From Gammaproteobacteria bacterium (GTDB lineage Bacteria > Pseudomonadota > Gammaproteobacteria > CAJXQU01): DNA of 64,000 nt. This document shows, one piece after another, positions 1-9,012 of this stretch. The number at the start of each line of letters is the position of its first letter. Within the stretch, counting starts at the first letter, position 1. The stretch covers positions 28,939 through 92,938 of the forward strand of contig JALSRM010000069.1 of assembly GCA_026984775.1 (NCBI GenBank), given 5' to 3'. A program made the translations under genes and the position numbers. A model generated the notes under the pieces. The model searched no databases. It was not told the origin of the DNA and saw only the letters and a program-made list of their open reading frames with translations.

Positions 1-1
1 A

Positions 2-154
2 AACCTGCGGCAACTGGATGACGGCTATTGCTGTCTTGATCCACTCCAGGCACATGAACTCTGGTCAGCCACTGGCAGCAGAAATGCAAAGAAAGTACTC
101 GAAAGAATGACGGGGTCATCCCTGATCATGCAGGGAGATAACGCGATCCATTGA
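2..154 (+). CDS. 3' end of an unidentified gene entering from the left edge (partial)
   Basis: Frame 2 is open from the window edge (NLRQLDDGYCCLDPLQAHELWSATG...DNAIH) to TGA at 152-154, just before the AGGAG RBS of the next gene. No family recognised. Confidence 0.35.
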   Translation, partial: NLRQLDDGYCCLDPLQAHELWSATGSRNAKKVLERMTGSSLIMQGDNAIH

Positions 155-173
155 TCAGGTCAAGGAGCCCCCG

Positions 174-1997
174 ATGAGTGAAACAACCGCCCGATGGGAC
201 GAACATGATCCCGATCAGGAAGAACTTGGATTCAGAACAGCAAGTTTTGTTCAAAACGATCTGCTCCTTTCGCTGATCTATTTTGGGCTTATCCTGTTCC
301 TTCCACTGATCCTTTGGAATCATGTAGATGACTATGTTATTTTTCTCTGGCAGGTCGGCATGTTTACCATCTCGGCCATTCGCTGGCTATGCCGCTATAC
401 CATTACCAGTGGGAAAAAGGATAGGACCACTGATGACTTCTGGAACGGTGTTCTTATCTTTCTAACATTGATGGATGGGCTAGGTTGGGGCATTGGCGGT
501 GCCCTGCTCTTCCCCGCAGACTCGATCCTTTCCATGAGCCTGGTTGCACTTCTGCTGATAGGTATTGGTGGGGTAGGTGCTGTCTCTTATTCCGCGAGAA
601 TGTTGATCGCCATCCCCTACCTTTTATGTACCGTGTTGCCGTATATCACCCGTCTCTATGCTACAGGTGGTAATGAAGAGTTTTTGCTTGCCAGCATGCT
701 GGGGTTATTGACCATCATGTTCAGTTTTGCTGCCGATCGGCTGAGCCTGACATTGGGCACTGCACTTCAAATCGATGAACAAGATGAAGAAACCATCTTC
801 GCCCTGGAATCACAAAATGAACACCTCAGTAACATGGTTGAACGGAAAAGAAATCATGTGGCCCATCTTGAAAACGAGCTCACTAACATCACACATGAAC
901 TCGAGAAGGTTCATGGTGTCGTCACCAAACATGAAAAGGACTTGAGTCTTGTATGTGGCCGTATGATCAACCATCTAAACGATCTTGAAACGCTGAAACA
1001 GACATCACTTAACGATGATCAGAGCAAAGTGCTGGTTCGTATGGAAAAAAATGTTCGTTTTCTACTTGAGAGGTTGGGAGAAGATGAAATTGAGGAGGAA
1101 AACACACCCCAAGCTGTTAGTGGTCATGAACCCGCTTACGATAAGGATGAAGCATCTAATTCTCCAGTAGTATTGATTGTAGAGCCTGATAGCCATGAAC
1201 GTGAAAAAATCGAGGCATGCCTGCAAGAACTGAACCTGGACTACACCAGTGTAGAGGATGTCCCTGCTGCTCTATCGGCTCTGTGTCAAGCAGAAGACCA
1301 TTTCGGGTATGAACTCATCATTGCCAGTCTGTACATGCCGGAAATGGATGGAATCGGCTTTGCGGAATGCCTGAAGGATGATCAGGAATTTCAGAGTATC
1401 CGCACCATTCTGACCTATAGCGACAAGCTGCCAAGCAAGAACCGACTGATAAAGGCCGGTGTTGACTGGGTAGTACAAAAAGAGACTCTGAAAGAAGATC
1501 TACCACAGGCCATTGAGAGTCTTGTCAACGGAGAAAGACTTTCACAATTGCCCGCATCTATTGAATCCCTGGTTGAAGATACCATCCAGATATCACTCCC
1601 GCCTGATGAGCAGGAACCAATAACTGCCCCATCATCTGTAGACAAATCTGTACTCGAAGGACTTCGATCATCAACTACCCTCAATTTTATCGAGATCGTC
1701 AACGACTTTCTGGAAGATGCGCCACGATTGATCAGCGAAGCCAGAGAAACCCTATCAAAAAATGACCTTCCAGGTTTGCAAAGATCCATCAGGGAACTGG
1801 GCAATCGCAGTCTGCATATAGGGGCTAACGATCTTGCAGATTTGGCCATGTCGGTTGAATCCGCGATTACCGAAAATGGGATAGACAGAGTGCCTGGCAT
1901 GCTGCAGATGATCGAAGCGGAATTCATCCAAGTCGAGTCAGTACTGCTGGGTGAACTGACCAATGGCGCCCTTGTATCTGACCCGTTTAAACACTGA
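174..1997 (+). CDS. Membrane-bound degenerate hybrid sensor (multi-TM sensor, coiled coil/HisKA remnant, pseudo-REC, HPt-like; no HATPase)
   Basis: AGGAG RBS; 5-6 hydrophobic helices; REC-like VVLIVE...ELIIASLYMPEMDG; HPt-like FLEDAPRL...LQRSIRELGNRSLHIGA; aligns by eye with the downstream kinase. Confidence 0.85.
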   Translation: MSETTARWDEHDPDQEELGFRTASFVQNDLLLSLIYFGLILFLPLILWNHVDDYVIFLWQVGMFTISAIRWLCRYTITSGKKDRTTDDFWNGVLIFLTLMDGLGWGIGGALLFPADSILSMSLVALLLIGIGGVGAVSYSARMLIAIPYLLCTVLPYITRLYATGGNEEFLLASMLGLLTIMFSFAADRLSLTLGTALQIDEQDEETIFALESQNEHLSNMVERKRNHVAHLENELTNITHELEKVHGVVTKHEKDLSLVCGRMINHLNDLETLKQTSLNDDQSKVLVRMEKNVRFLLERLGEDEIEEENTPQAVSGHEPAYDKDEASNSPVVLIVEPDSHEREKIEACLQELNLDYTSVEDVPAALSALCQAEDHFGYELIIASLYMPEMDGIGFAECLKDDQEFQSIRTILTYSDKLPSKNRLIKAGVDWVVQKETLKEDLPQAIESLVNGERLSQLPASIESLVEDTIQISLPPDEQEPITAPSSVDKSVLEGLRSSTTLNFIEIVNDFLEDAPRLISEARETLSKNDLPGLQRSIRELGNRSLHIGANDLADLAMSVESAITENGIDRVPGMLQMIEAEFIQVESVLLGELTNGALVSDPFKH

Positions 1998-2015
1998 CAT
2001 CACAGTCCAAAACAA

Positions 2016-4775
2016 ATGAAGATAAATGGCCAGGAAATCGAACAGGAATATAATGAATCATTCCTGCTCAAAGAGGAGTTGATGAAAAATACGCTTCTGT
2101 ATTTTTTATTTTCTGGTCTGCTTGCAATTTTTATCTATGCAGTCTTGCAAGATCAGAAAATCAATGCACTGCTGCAACCCTGGTTGATCTGCATTGAGGC
2201 AAATACTGCTGTATTGATCATTTTCCATCACTATTTTCGCCGAAAGAGAAAGAATCCATTTCACAGTATATTTTTCTCCATTGGATTTATTATTGATGGG
2301 CTGTTCTGGGGAAGCCTGGGAGTCCTGCTACCGGGGAACATACCTCCAGAAGCACACGTACTCATTATTATGTCGCTGGCAGCTTTTGTTGCACTGGGAA
2401 TACCCCTGATTACCTCCACTTCCTGGCTGGTGGGTATATTCCCTAGTGCAGTATTTTTGCCATCCATATTTTATTATCTTACTGATCTCAACCCTTTATC
2501 GGTCGGTAATGGGCTTGTTATTGCTTCAATTATTCCTGTCATACTCAGAATCACCCGACTCATCCGTGATAACAAATCGCGATCGGACTCACTGGTAAAG
2601 AAACACCAATGGTTGATCAAACAACTCAATGAATTCGTTGAAAGAACAGAGCTGGCCAACCTTGAGCTAAAGAAAGAAATTGCCGAAAGAGAAAAAACCG
2701 AGATCGAACTCCGAAAAGCAAAAGAAGAAGCCGAAGCCGCAGCCAAAGCAAAAAGTGAATTTCTCGCCACTATGAGTCATGAAATACGGACCCCCATGAA
2801 TGGCATCCTTGGCATGGCAGAGCTGCTGATAAAAACTGAACTCAACAGCAAACAGAAACGTTTCGCTGAAACAATACACAAATCCGGTAACGCTTTGTTG
2901 ACGATCATCAACGATATCCTCGATTTCTCAAAGATTGAAGCCGGTAAACTCGAACTCAATACCCGTGTCTTCGACCTGCGACTATTGATCGAAGATATAG
3001 GTGTCATGTTTGCGGAACAGGCCCACCGAAAAGGTTTGGAACTGATCTGTAACTACCCTGCAGATGGCCACTCCATGTTCCGTGGGGATGCTGAGAGAAT
3101 AAGACAGATCCTGGTTAACCTGATTGGTAATGCACTCAAGTTCACAGAAAAAGGTGAGATTCAGCTCAAGGTAGAGCTGTTTGAAAAGAAGGGCAACATT
3201 TTTCTGATCCGTTTCAGAGTTCGGGACACGGGTATTGGTATTTTGCCTGAAGTCCAGGAAAAAATATTCGAATCGTTCTCCCAGGCAGACAGCTCTACGA
3301 CACGTAAGTTTGGCGGTACAGGACTCGGACTGACCATCTGCAAGAAACTGACACAATTAATGAAAGGTACAATAGGCGTGAAAAGTAAACCGGGAAAGGG
3401 ATCGGTCTTCTGGTTTGCTATTCCATTGAAAAAAGAGGCTGATGTTAAACAACCCCTATCCAGACAGGATCTCAAGGGTATTCGTATACTGATTGCTGAC
3501 AGTAATAAAACCAACCGGGAAATTCTTGAACAACAATTTACCAGTTGGGGTATGGATTATTATTCAACCGATAGTGCAAGAACGACACTCCGTGTACTTC
3601 ATAATGCCCAAAAACAAGGCTTCCCCTTCCAACTCGCAATTCTGGACAATCAGCTAAAGGATTTGGATGGTGTAAGTCTCGCACGAAAGATCAAAAATAG
3701 CCCCGACATTGCCGACACCAAACTCATTATGCTGAGCTCTGTTGGCAATATGGAACAGACTGGACAGTGGTTGATGGCAGGTATCGAAAGCTATCTAAAC
3801 AAGCCGATCAGACAAAATGAACTTTACCAGACACTGTTGAATACCATTGACTCTGAGGGATTGAAAAATGATTCCTTTGAGGAGGATCAAATAAATAAGG
3901 AAGAACAAGAAGTTGTCAATCTGAAAGGGCATGTTCTTGTCGCAGAAGACAACCTGGTCAATCAGGAACTGGTCCGGGAGATGTTATCACAACTTGGTTG
4001 TTCAGCCGAGATCGTAGATAACGGACGCAAGGCGGTTGAGGTGCTCACAGAACACTCGCTGGATAATCTGCACAAACCTTTTGATCTCGTCCTGATGGAT
4101 TGTCAGATGCCGGAAATGGATGGTTTTGAGGCCACCCAAAATATCCGACAGTGGGAATCAAGGCAAAAAATTGTACAACGAATACCCATTATCGCACTGA
4201 CCGCCAACGCTATGGAAGGTGATAGAGAGAGATGTCTTGAATCCGGCATGGATGATTACATGACGAAACCTTTTAATCTCGATCAGCTAGGTGCGCTGTT
4301 GCATCAGTGGCTACCACTGTTGGCAAGGGAAAATAACAGTGAATATGTACATAAGATGAATAAAACCTCAACAGAGACGTTCAATGAAGCTGCCGAGGAG
4401 TCTCGTAACGTTGCCCAACTGAATCCTGATGCTCTGAATAACATCCGCAAACAACAGCGGGGAGGGCAGCCCAATATTCTCACCAGAGTGATCCGATTAT
4501 TCCTGGAAAACTCCCAGAAGACCATTCAAGCTCTTGAGACAGCCATCTCCAACGGAGATCCGGTAGCCCTGCAACGAAATGCGTACAGTCTTCGATCCAG
4601 TTGCTCTACCGTCGGTGCAACAGCACTTGCTGAAATTTGTTCAGAACTCGAAACACTAGGCAAGGCAGAAAATGTTGATGAGGCCCAAACACAGTTGAGT
4701 GTACTCGAGTTTGAATATGATGCTGTGTGTATGGCATTGAACAACATTATCAATAGCGAGTTGGAATCTGTATGA
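2016..4775 (+). CDS. Hybrid sensor histidine kinase (TM sensor-HisKA-HATPase-REC-REC-HPt; BarA/GacS-like architecture)
   Basis: H-box FLATMSHEIRTPMNG; N-box QILVNLIGNALKFT; G1 DTGIGI; F-box FESFSQAD; G2 GGTGLGL; two receivers (LAILDNQL, LVLMDCQMPEMDG); C-terminal HPt fold. Confidence 0.95.
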   Translation: MKINGQEIEQEYNESFLLKEELMKNTLLYFLFSGLLAIFIYAVLQDQKINALLQPWLICIEANTAVLIIFHHYFRRKRKNPFHSIFFSIGFIIDGLFWGSLGVLLPGNIPPEAHVLIIMSLAAFVALGIPLITSTSWLVGIFPSAVFLPSIFYYLTDLNPLSVGNGLVIASIIPVILRITRLIRDNKSRSDSLVKKHQWLIKQLNEFVERTELANLELKKEIAEREKTEIELRKAKEEAEAAAKAKSEFLATMSHEIRTPMNGILGMAELLIKTELNSKQKRFAETIHKSGNALLTIINDILDFSKIEAGKLELNTRVFDLRLLIEDIGVMFAEQAHRKGLELICNYPADGHSMFRGDAERIRQILVNLIGNALKFTEKGEIQLKVELFEKKGNIFLIRFRVRDTGIGILPEVQEKIFESFSQADSSTTRKFGGTGLGLTICKKLTQLMKGTIGVKSKPGKGSVFWFAIPLKKEADVKQPLSRQDLKGIRILIADSNKTNREILEQQFTSWGMDYYSTDSARTTLRVLHNAQKQGFPFQLAILDNQLKDLDGVSLARKIKNSPDIADTKLIMLSSVGNMEQTGQWLMAGIESYLNKPIRQNELYQTLLNTIDSEGLKNDSFEEDQINKEEQEVVNLKGHVLVAEDNLVNQELVREMLSQLGCSAEIVDNGRKAVEVLTEHSLDNLHKPFDLVLMDCQMPEMDGFEATQNIRQWESRQKIVQRIPIIALTANAMEGDRERCLESGMDDYMTKPFNLDQLGALLHQWLPLLARENNSEYVHKMNKTSTETFNEAAEESRNVAQLNPDALNNIRKQQRGGQPNILTRVIRLFLENSQKTIQALETAISNGDPVALQRNAYSLRSSCSTVGATALAEICSELETLGKAENVDEAQTQLSVLEFEYDAVCMALNNIINSELESV

Positions 4776-4877
4776 GACAGCCCTTCCGGCAGGGTATCTA
4801 AACAGAGAGCAAATCAAGTCTGATGAAAAACGGTCGCTAACAGTCATATCAGATCAGTATTTTGAAACAGAATTTGG

Positions 4878-7061
4878 ATGTTACCTGTCAATGAAGAAAA
4901 AAATAGCCCTTTAATACTCGTCATCGATGATGATGTCACGATCCGTTTCATGATCAATGAAACTCTCGAGACACTAGGGTTCATCGTTGAAGAGGCTGAA
5001 AATGGTATCCAGGGGATTGAACGTGCTAGGGAGCTGAAGCCAGATATCATACTTCTTGATGTGATGATGCCGGAAATGGATGGGTTCACCGCCTGTCCAC
5101 AGATCCGGGAGATACCACACTGCAGACACACACCTGTTTTGATGATGACTGGGCTGGATGATATCGAATCAATCAACAAGGCCTATCAGGTCGGTGCTAC
5201 TGACTTTGCAACCAAACCACTGAATTATACTCTCTTGTCACATCGCCTCCTCTACATGTTACGTTCGAAACAGACAGCTGATGAATTACGTGCAAATCAG
5301 GAAAAACTCGATCATGCACAACGACTGGCCAAACTTGGCTACTGGGAATGGGATCTAAACAATTTTGTTACCTGGTCTGAACAGGTAACAGAAACTTTCT
5401 GGCTCCCCAAAGGCAAGACCTGCGGTGAACTCTCCTACTTCTTTCAGAACCTTCACAAAAAAGACATGGAGAAAGTCCGGGCGGCACTAAAACTGGCCAA
5501 GGAAAAAGAGCAAAATTTCAGTTTGGAATATCGCATCCGAAATCGCGAAGGGAAAGTCCGTATTATCTTTCACGAGGCAAAGGTGAATTACAATGAAGGT
5601 AGAAAACCTATCAGCCTGATTGGAACCATACAAGACATTACTGAACGCAAACGTGCAGAATATGAGATCCAGAAGCTGGCTAATTATGACAAGGTCACGG
5701 GGCTCCCAAACAGAACTTCGCTACGCCAGAAGCTTGAAAAAATTATTGCCAGAGCACCTTCCAGTCAACAAGTAACTGCCATCTTGACGCTCGATCTCGA
5801 TCATTTCAAACGTCTCAACGACACCCTTGGCCATCAGGCAGGAGATCAACTCCTGCGAAAAATTGCCTCCCGCCTGAATGAATTTATTGAAAATAGTGCA
5901 TACGGTTCCGTTGATCTAACCTCGACCAGATTGCAACAGAAAAAGCATGCTCTTGAATTGACACTCTCTCATTTCGGAGGCGATGAATTTGTTATTCTGA
6001 TCGATGGAGCTCCTACAATTGAAAATGTGGCTTCAATTGCACGAAAGCTTAATGAGATCATCGCTGAACCTATCGATTTAGACGGCAATGTTATCTCAAT
6101 GACAGCGAGTATCGGCATTAGCGCCTGGCCTGAAGACGGTAAGGATGTTGATACCCTCCTCAAGCAAAGCGGCTCCGCTCTATACCATGCAAAAAGCGAA
6201 GGCAGGAACTGCTACAAGTTTTTCACCGCAGCCATGAATGCACGCGCTTTTGAGCGTTTGTCTCTGGAAATCAATTTGCGCAAGGCAATCGAAAAAGAGC
6301 AATTCATGTTGTTCTATCAACCAAAAGTAGATGCCCTTTCTGGGAGTATATTGGGTATGGAGGCATTGATCCGATGGAAGCATCCTGAACTTGGCATGAT
6401 ATCTCCGGCGGATTTTATTCCTGTTGCGGAACAGACAGGAATGATCATTCCAATTGGCCAATGGATCTTCGAAGAAGCCTGCCGTTTCCTGAATAAGATT
6501 GAAGAACACAATCTCCCACCTCTTACTGTAGCCCTCAATCTTTCCGGTGCTCAATTTACACAGAAAGGGCTCCCTGAGGAGCTTGGCAATAGTGTTGCCA
6601 AGGCGGGTATCGCCCCTCAGCAGATTGAACTCGAGATCACTGAAAGTCTGTTGATGGAAAATATCGAAGAAGCTATCAAAATCATGAACCGGCTACGAGA
6701 GATCGGGTTTTCAATTGCAATCGATGATTTCGGAACCGGGTATTCCTCTCTCTCGTATCTAAAACGCTTTCCGGCAGCAACTTTGAAAATTGATCAATCG
6801 TTCATTCGTGATATCGACAAGGATGCCGATGATCGCTCTATTGTTCAAGCCATCATCACGCTGGCACACAGCCTGCGCCTCAAAGTGGTTGCCGAAGGCA
6901 TAGAAAAACGCGAACAACTCGCCGTGCTGAGAGAACAGGGCTGCGATCTTATTCAGGGCTATTACTACAGCCACCCCCTCTGTTGCGAAGATTTTCTGGA
7001 CTGGATTAGCAACCGCGAAGACGATCCTGTTGACGAACTTGAAGCGACCATGGCTATATAA
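4878..7061 (+). CDS. Response-regulator c-di-GMP enzyme, REC-PAS-GGDEF-EAL
   Basis: REC (LVIDDD...LLDVMMPEMDG...ATKP); PAS/PAC (GYWEWD...GTIQDITERK); FGGDEF; EAL domain with MEALIRW, ELEITES, IDDFGTGYSSL, KIDQSF, VAEGIE, QGYY. Confidence 0.95.
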   Translation: MLPVNEEKNSPLILVIDDDVTIRFMINETLETLGFIVEEAENGIQGIERARELKPDIILLDVMMPEMDGFTACPQIREIPHCRHTPVLMMTGLDDIESINKAYQVGATDFATKPLNYTLLSHRLLYMLRSKQTADELRANQEKLDHAQRLAKLGYWEWDLNNFVTWSEQVTETFWLPKGKTCGELSYFFQNLHKKDMEKVRAALKLAKEKEQNFSLEYRIRNREGKVRIIFHEAKVNYNEGRKPISLIGTIQDITERKRAEYEIQKLANYDKVTGLPNRTSLRQKLEKIIARAPSSQQVTAILTLDLDHFKRLNDTLGHQAGDQLLRKIASRLNEFIENSAYGSVDLTSTRLQQKKHALELTLSHFGGDEFVILIDGAPTIENVASIARKLNEIIAEPIDLDGNVISMTASIGISAWPEDGKDVDTLLKQSGSALYHAKSEGRNCYKFFTAAMNARAFERLSLEINLRKAIEKEQFMLFYQPKVDALSGSILGMEALIRWKHPELGMISPADFIPVAEQTGMIIPIGQWIFEEACRFLNKIEEHNLPPLTVALNLSGAQFTQKGLPEELGNSVAKAGIAPQQIELEITESLLMENIEEAIKIMNRLREIGFSIAIDDFGTGYSSLSYLKRFPAATLKIDQSFIRDIDKDADDRSIVQAIITLAHSLRLKVVAEGIEKREQLAVLREQGCDLIQGYYYSHPLCCEDFLDWISNREDDPVDELEATMAI

Positions 7062-7189
7062 CGCCAGAATAACATCTGAAGTTCTACCAATTCAGCTCAA
7101 GCGGTATGTGTGCCCTGTTCTTTATGCCGATATGCAGAACTGGCATCATAGACCCGCTTTCTGATCCGGTTGAACTGACCAACAGGAGA

Positions 7190-7705
7190 GAAAAAAGAAT
7201 TTCAATACGCTTCCACTGTTCAGAAATTTGTTATACGACTTGATATCGGGGAAAAGAAGTCGGGATTATCGACCATCAAAAAGCCCTGGGGCGTCACTCC
7301 CTGTGTAAGACCATCTCCTACATTGAAAACATTGAAAACTCGAAAACCTTGATTGCCATATCATGGGCATCCTTTTCCACATCGTGCAAATCGTGAATCC
7401 GTATTGGGAAAACGGGCCCAAGTTTTATACCTTTGCCCCGGTTCCGAGAAGATACCATAGCGCAGATCTTCCGGAAGGTTCTTTTCAATATCAAGTTAGG
7501 CCCTCACACAACCATAAACTTTGGTGTGCATCCTCTACCCGCATAATTCGATCGATTTTTTCAATGATCTGGATTCAACTGACGTTGATTTGGATGAATC
7601 GAATTCTCTGTTTTGGTTTTTTTCTTCTATCTCCTCTTTTCGAGAACAAGAAAACTGAAACCGTCATAGATGATAAAAAATACCAATGACTATGCTCCGT
7701 TTCAT
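7190..7705 (-). pseudogene. Decayed, truncated catalase-like heme protein (y4iL-like/mini-catalase family) with a probable N-terminal signal peptide
   Basis: Minus-strand fragments across several frames: GGGAG RBS + MKRSIVIGIF..; DAH/TKVYGCVRA*LDIEKNLPEDLRYGIFSEPGQRYKTWARFPN; DVEKDAHDMAIKVF; NVGDGLTQGVTPQGFLMVDNPDFF; PDIKSYNKFL. They follow the family motif order RDAHxKxxGCxxA...LPxxLxxGxFxxPG...RFSN...DxRGMAIKV...QDFxxxxxPxFF. In-frame TAA at 7496-7498 and several frameshifts. Confidence 0.8.
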
Positions 7706-7830
7706 GCGATTACTCCCGAACCAACGAAGTAAACGGATAATTCATTGAGGCAATTCCATCTACTGAAAGTTCTGACTGCAAGATTCGGGTCAGCCGATTC
7801 AGATCCATATTAATCGTAGTGGCAATCAGA

Positions 7831-9009
7831 CTATTTTGACTTAGGACTTCCCTGCCCGTTTTTCATCAGCACTTCGGGGCTGGTACCTGAAGGTAATACC
7901 GATGGTTTATTCTGAGCTTCCTTTTGAGTTGAAATATCCGGCTTTTTACCTTTTTCAATGATCAGCTCATCAAGAGAGCGGCGCAACATTTTGCCCTTGT
8001 AGGCAGGCAGTGCATAGACCCAACCACTGGTTTTTCTGCCAAGTATTTCGGCCTGTTCTTTTGCGGAGGGTTTTTTACTCTTGTTGTCTTTTCCTTCAGA
8101 TCCGGACGATGTCTCCTCTCCCTTGTAATCAAAAGAAAATTCTGCCCAGACCTGATCATCGATCTTTGCAGATTTTACCTTCATCACCAGTCCATCAAAA
8201 GTTTCATAAACCGTAGTCAGGGTTTGGTCCGGCCATTTGAAACTCTTTGCACTGTTGACATCATTGAATTGGAGATCTTCGACCACTGATGCGAGGCTGT
8301 TGACAGTAGTCTGGGAGCGAACTTCATATCCTTCTGGAATATTCTGCAACACATAGTCAACATCATCCTTCTCCTTGCGACTGACCCGTACGGTCTTATC
8401 ACCACCATGTTCAATGGTAATGCTTTTCAACCTGTCTGACGCCAGATCGATGAGACTGTTATCCATCCATTCAACAGGCTCATCAGAAAGAACGACTTTG
8501 CCTTTAACAAGATAGGACTGCTTCTCACCGGCTCTACGCACATAGATAGAGTCGACTGTGCCGTCTGAACGGTTGACACGCTCCTTGCCAATCAAGAGAG
8601 AGGCAAGAATATTTCCATCTTTATCCATCAAGGTTACTTGTCTGGACTTCGCTTTTTTGCTCGTGACATCTTCAACCTGTAGTCGGGAATACAACGCTGG
8701 ATTGGCCGTCTTGGCCTCACGAATTTCGAGTTTACTGATGGCTATCACCAAAGGCTTGATACGATTGACAAGTGCCGGATAGCCACCGCGATTTTTCACT
8801 ACCCACTTGTCCCCCAGCTTCTCCAAGGTAACTGTGTTCTTGCCGGTTTTTATCTCGACGCTCGTAATCTGCTGGATTTGATCTGCCAGTTGAGGAAAAA
8901 GTGGTTCTTTTTCCATCACGGTTTCAGGTGAGCGGTGCTGGACTGAAAACCACGCCGCGATTACAAATAACAGCGTAATAATGGCAAATATAGATAATGA
9001 TTTTTTCAT
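7831..9009 (-). CDS. DUF4340-type membrane-anchored periplasmic protein (partner of the Gld-like ABC system)
   Basis: N-terminal TM anchor; motifs W-x-V...GYPA, LLIGK...YVRR, GWVYALP; last gene of the gldA/F/G-like operon. Confidence 0.8.
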   Translation of the reverse strand: MKKSLSIFAIITLLFVIAAWFSVQHRSPETVMEKEPLFPQLADQIQQITSVEIKTGKNTVTLEKLGDKWVVKNRGGYPALVNRIKPLVIAISKLEIREAKTANPALYSRLQVEDVTSKKAKSRQVTLMDKDGNILASLLIGKERVNRSDGTVDSIYVRRAGEKQSYLVKGKVVLSDEPVEWMDNSLIDLASDRLKSITIEHGGDKTVRVSRKEKDDVDYVLQNIPEGYEVRSQTTVNSLASVVEDLQFNDVNSAKSFKWPDQTLTTVYETFDGLVMKVKSAKIDDQVWAEFSFDYKGEETSSGSEGKDNKSKKPSAKEQAEILGRKTSGWVYALPAYKGKMLRRSLDELIIEKGKKPDISTQKEAQNKPSVLPSGTSPEVLMKNGQGSPKSK

Positions 9010-9012
9010 GGT

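Noticed and set aside
7321..7347. Short tandem repeat (CATTGAAAA x2 plus a degenerate unit) as a CRISPR or phase-variation locus
   Set aside because: Only 2-3 short units with no spacers; better explained as a slippage lesion inside the pseudogene.
7363..7689. 108-aa plus-strand ORF in the track
   Set aside because: No RBS or recognisable motif; it is the antisense shadow of the catalase-like pseudogene.
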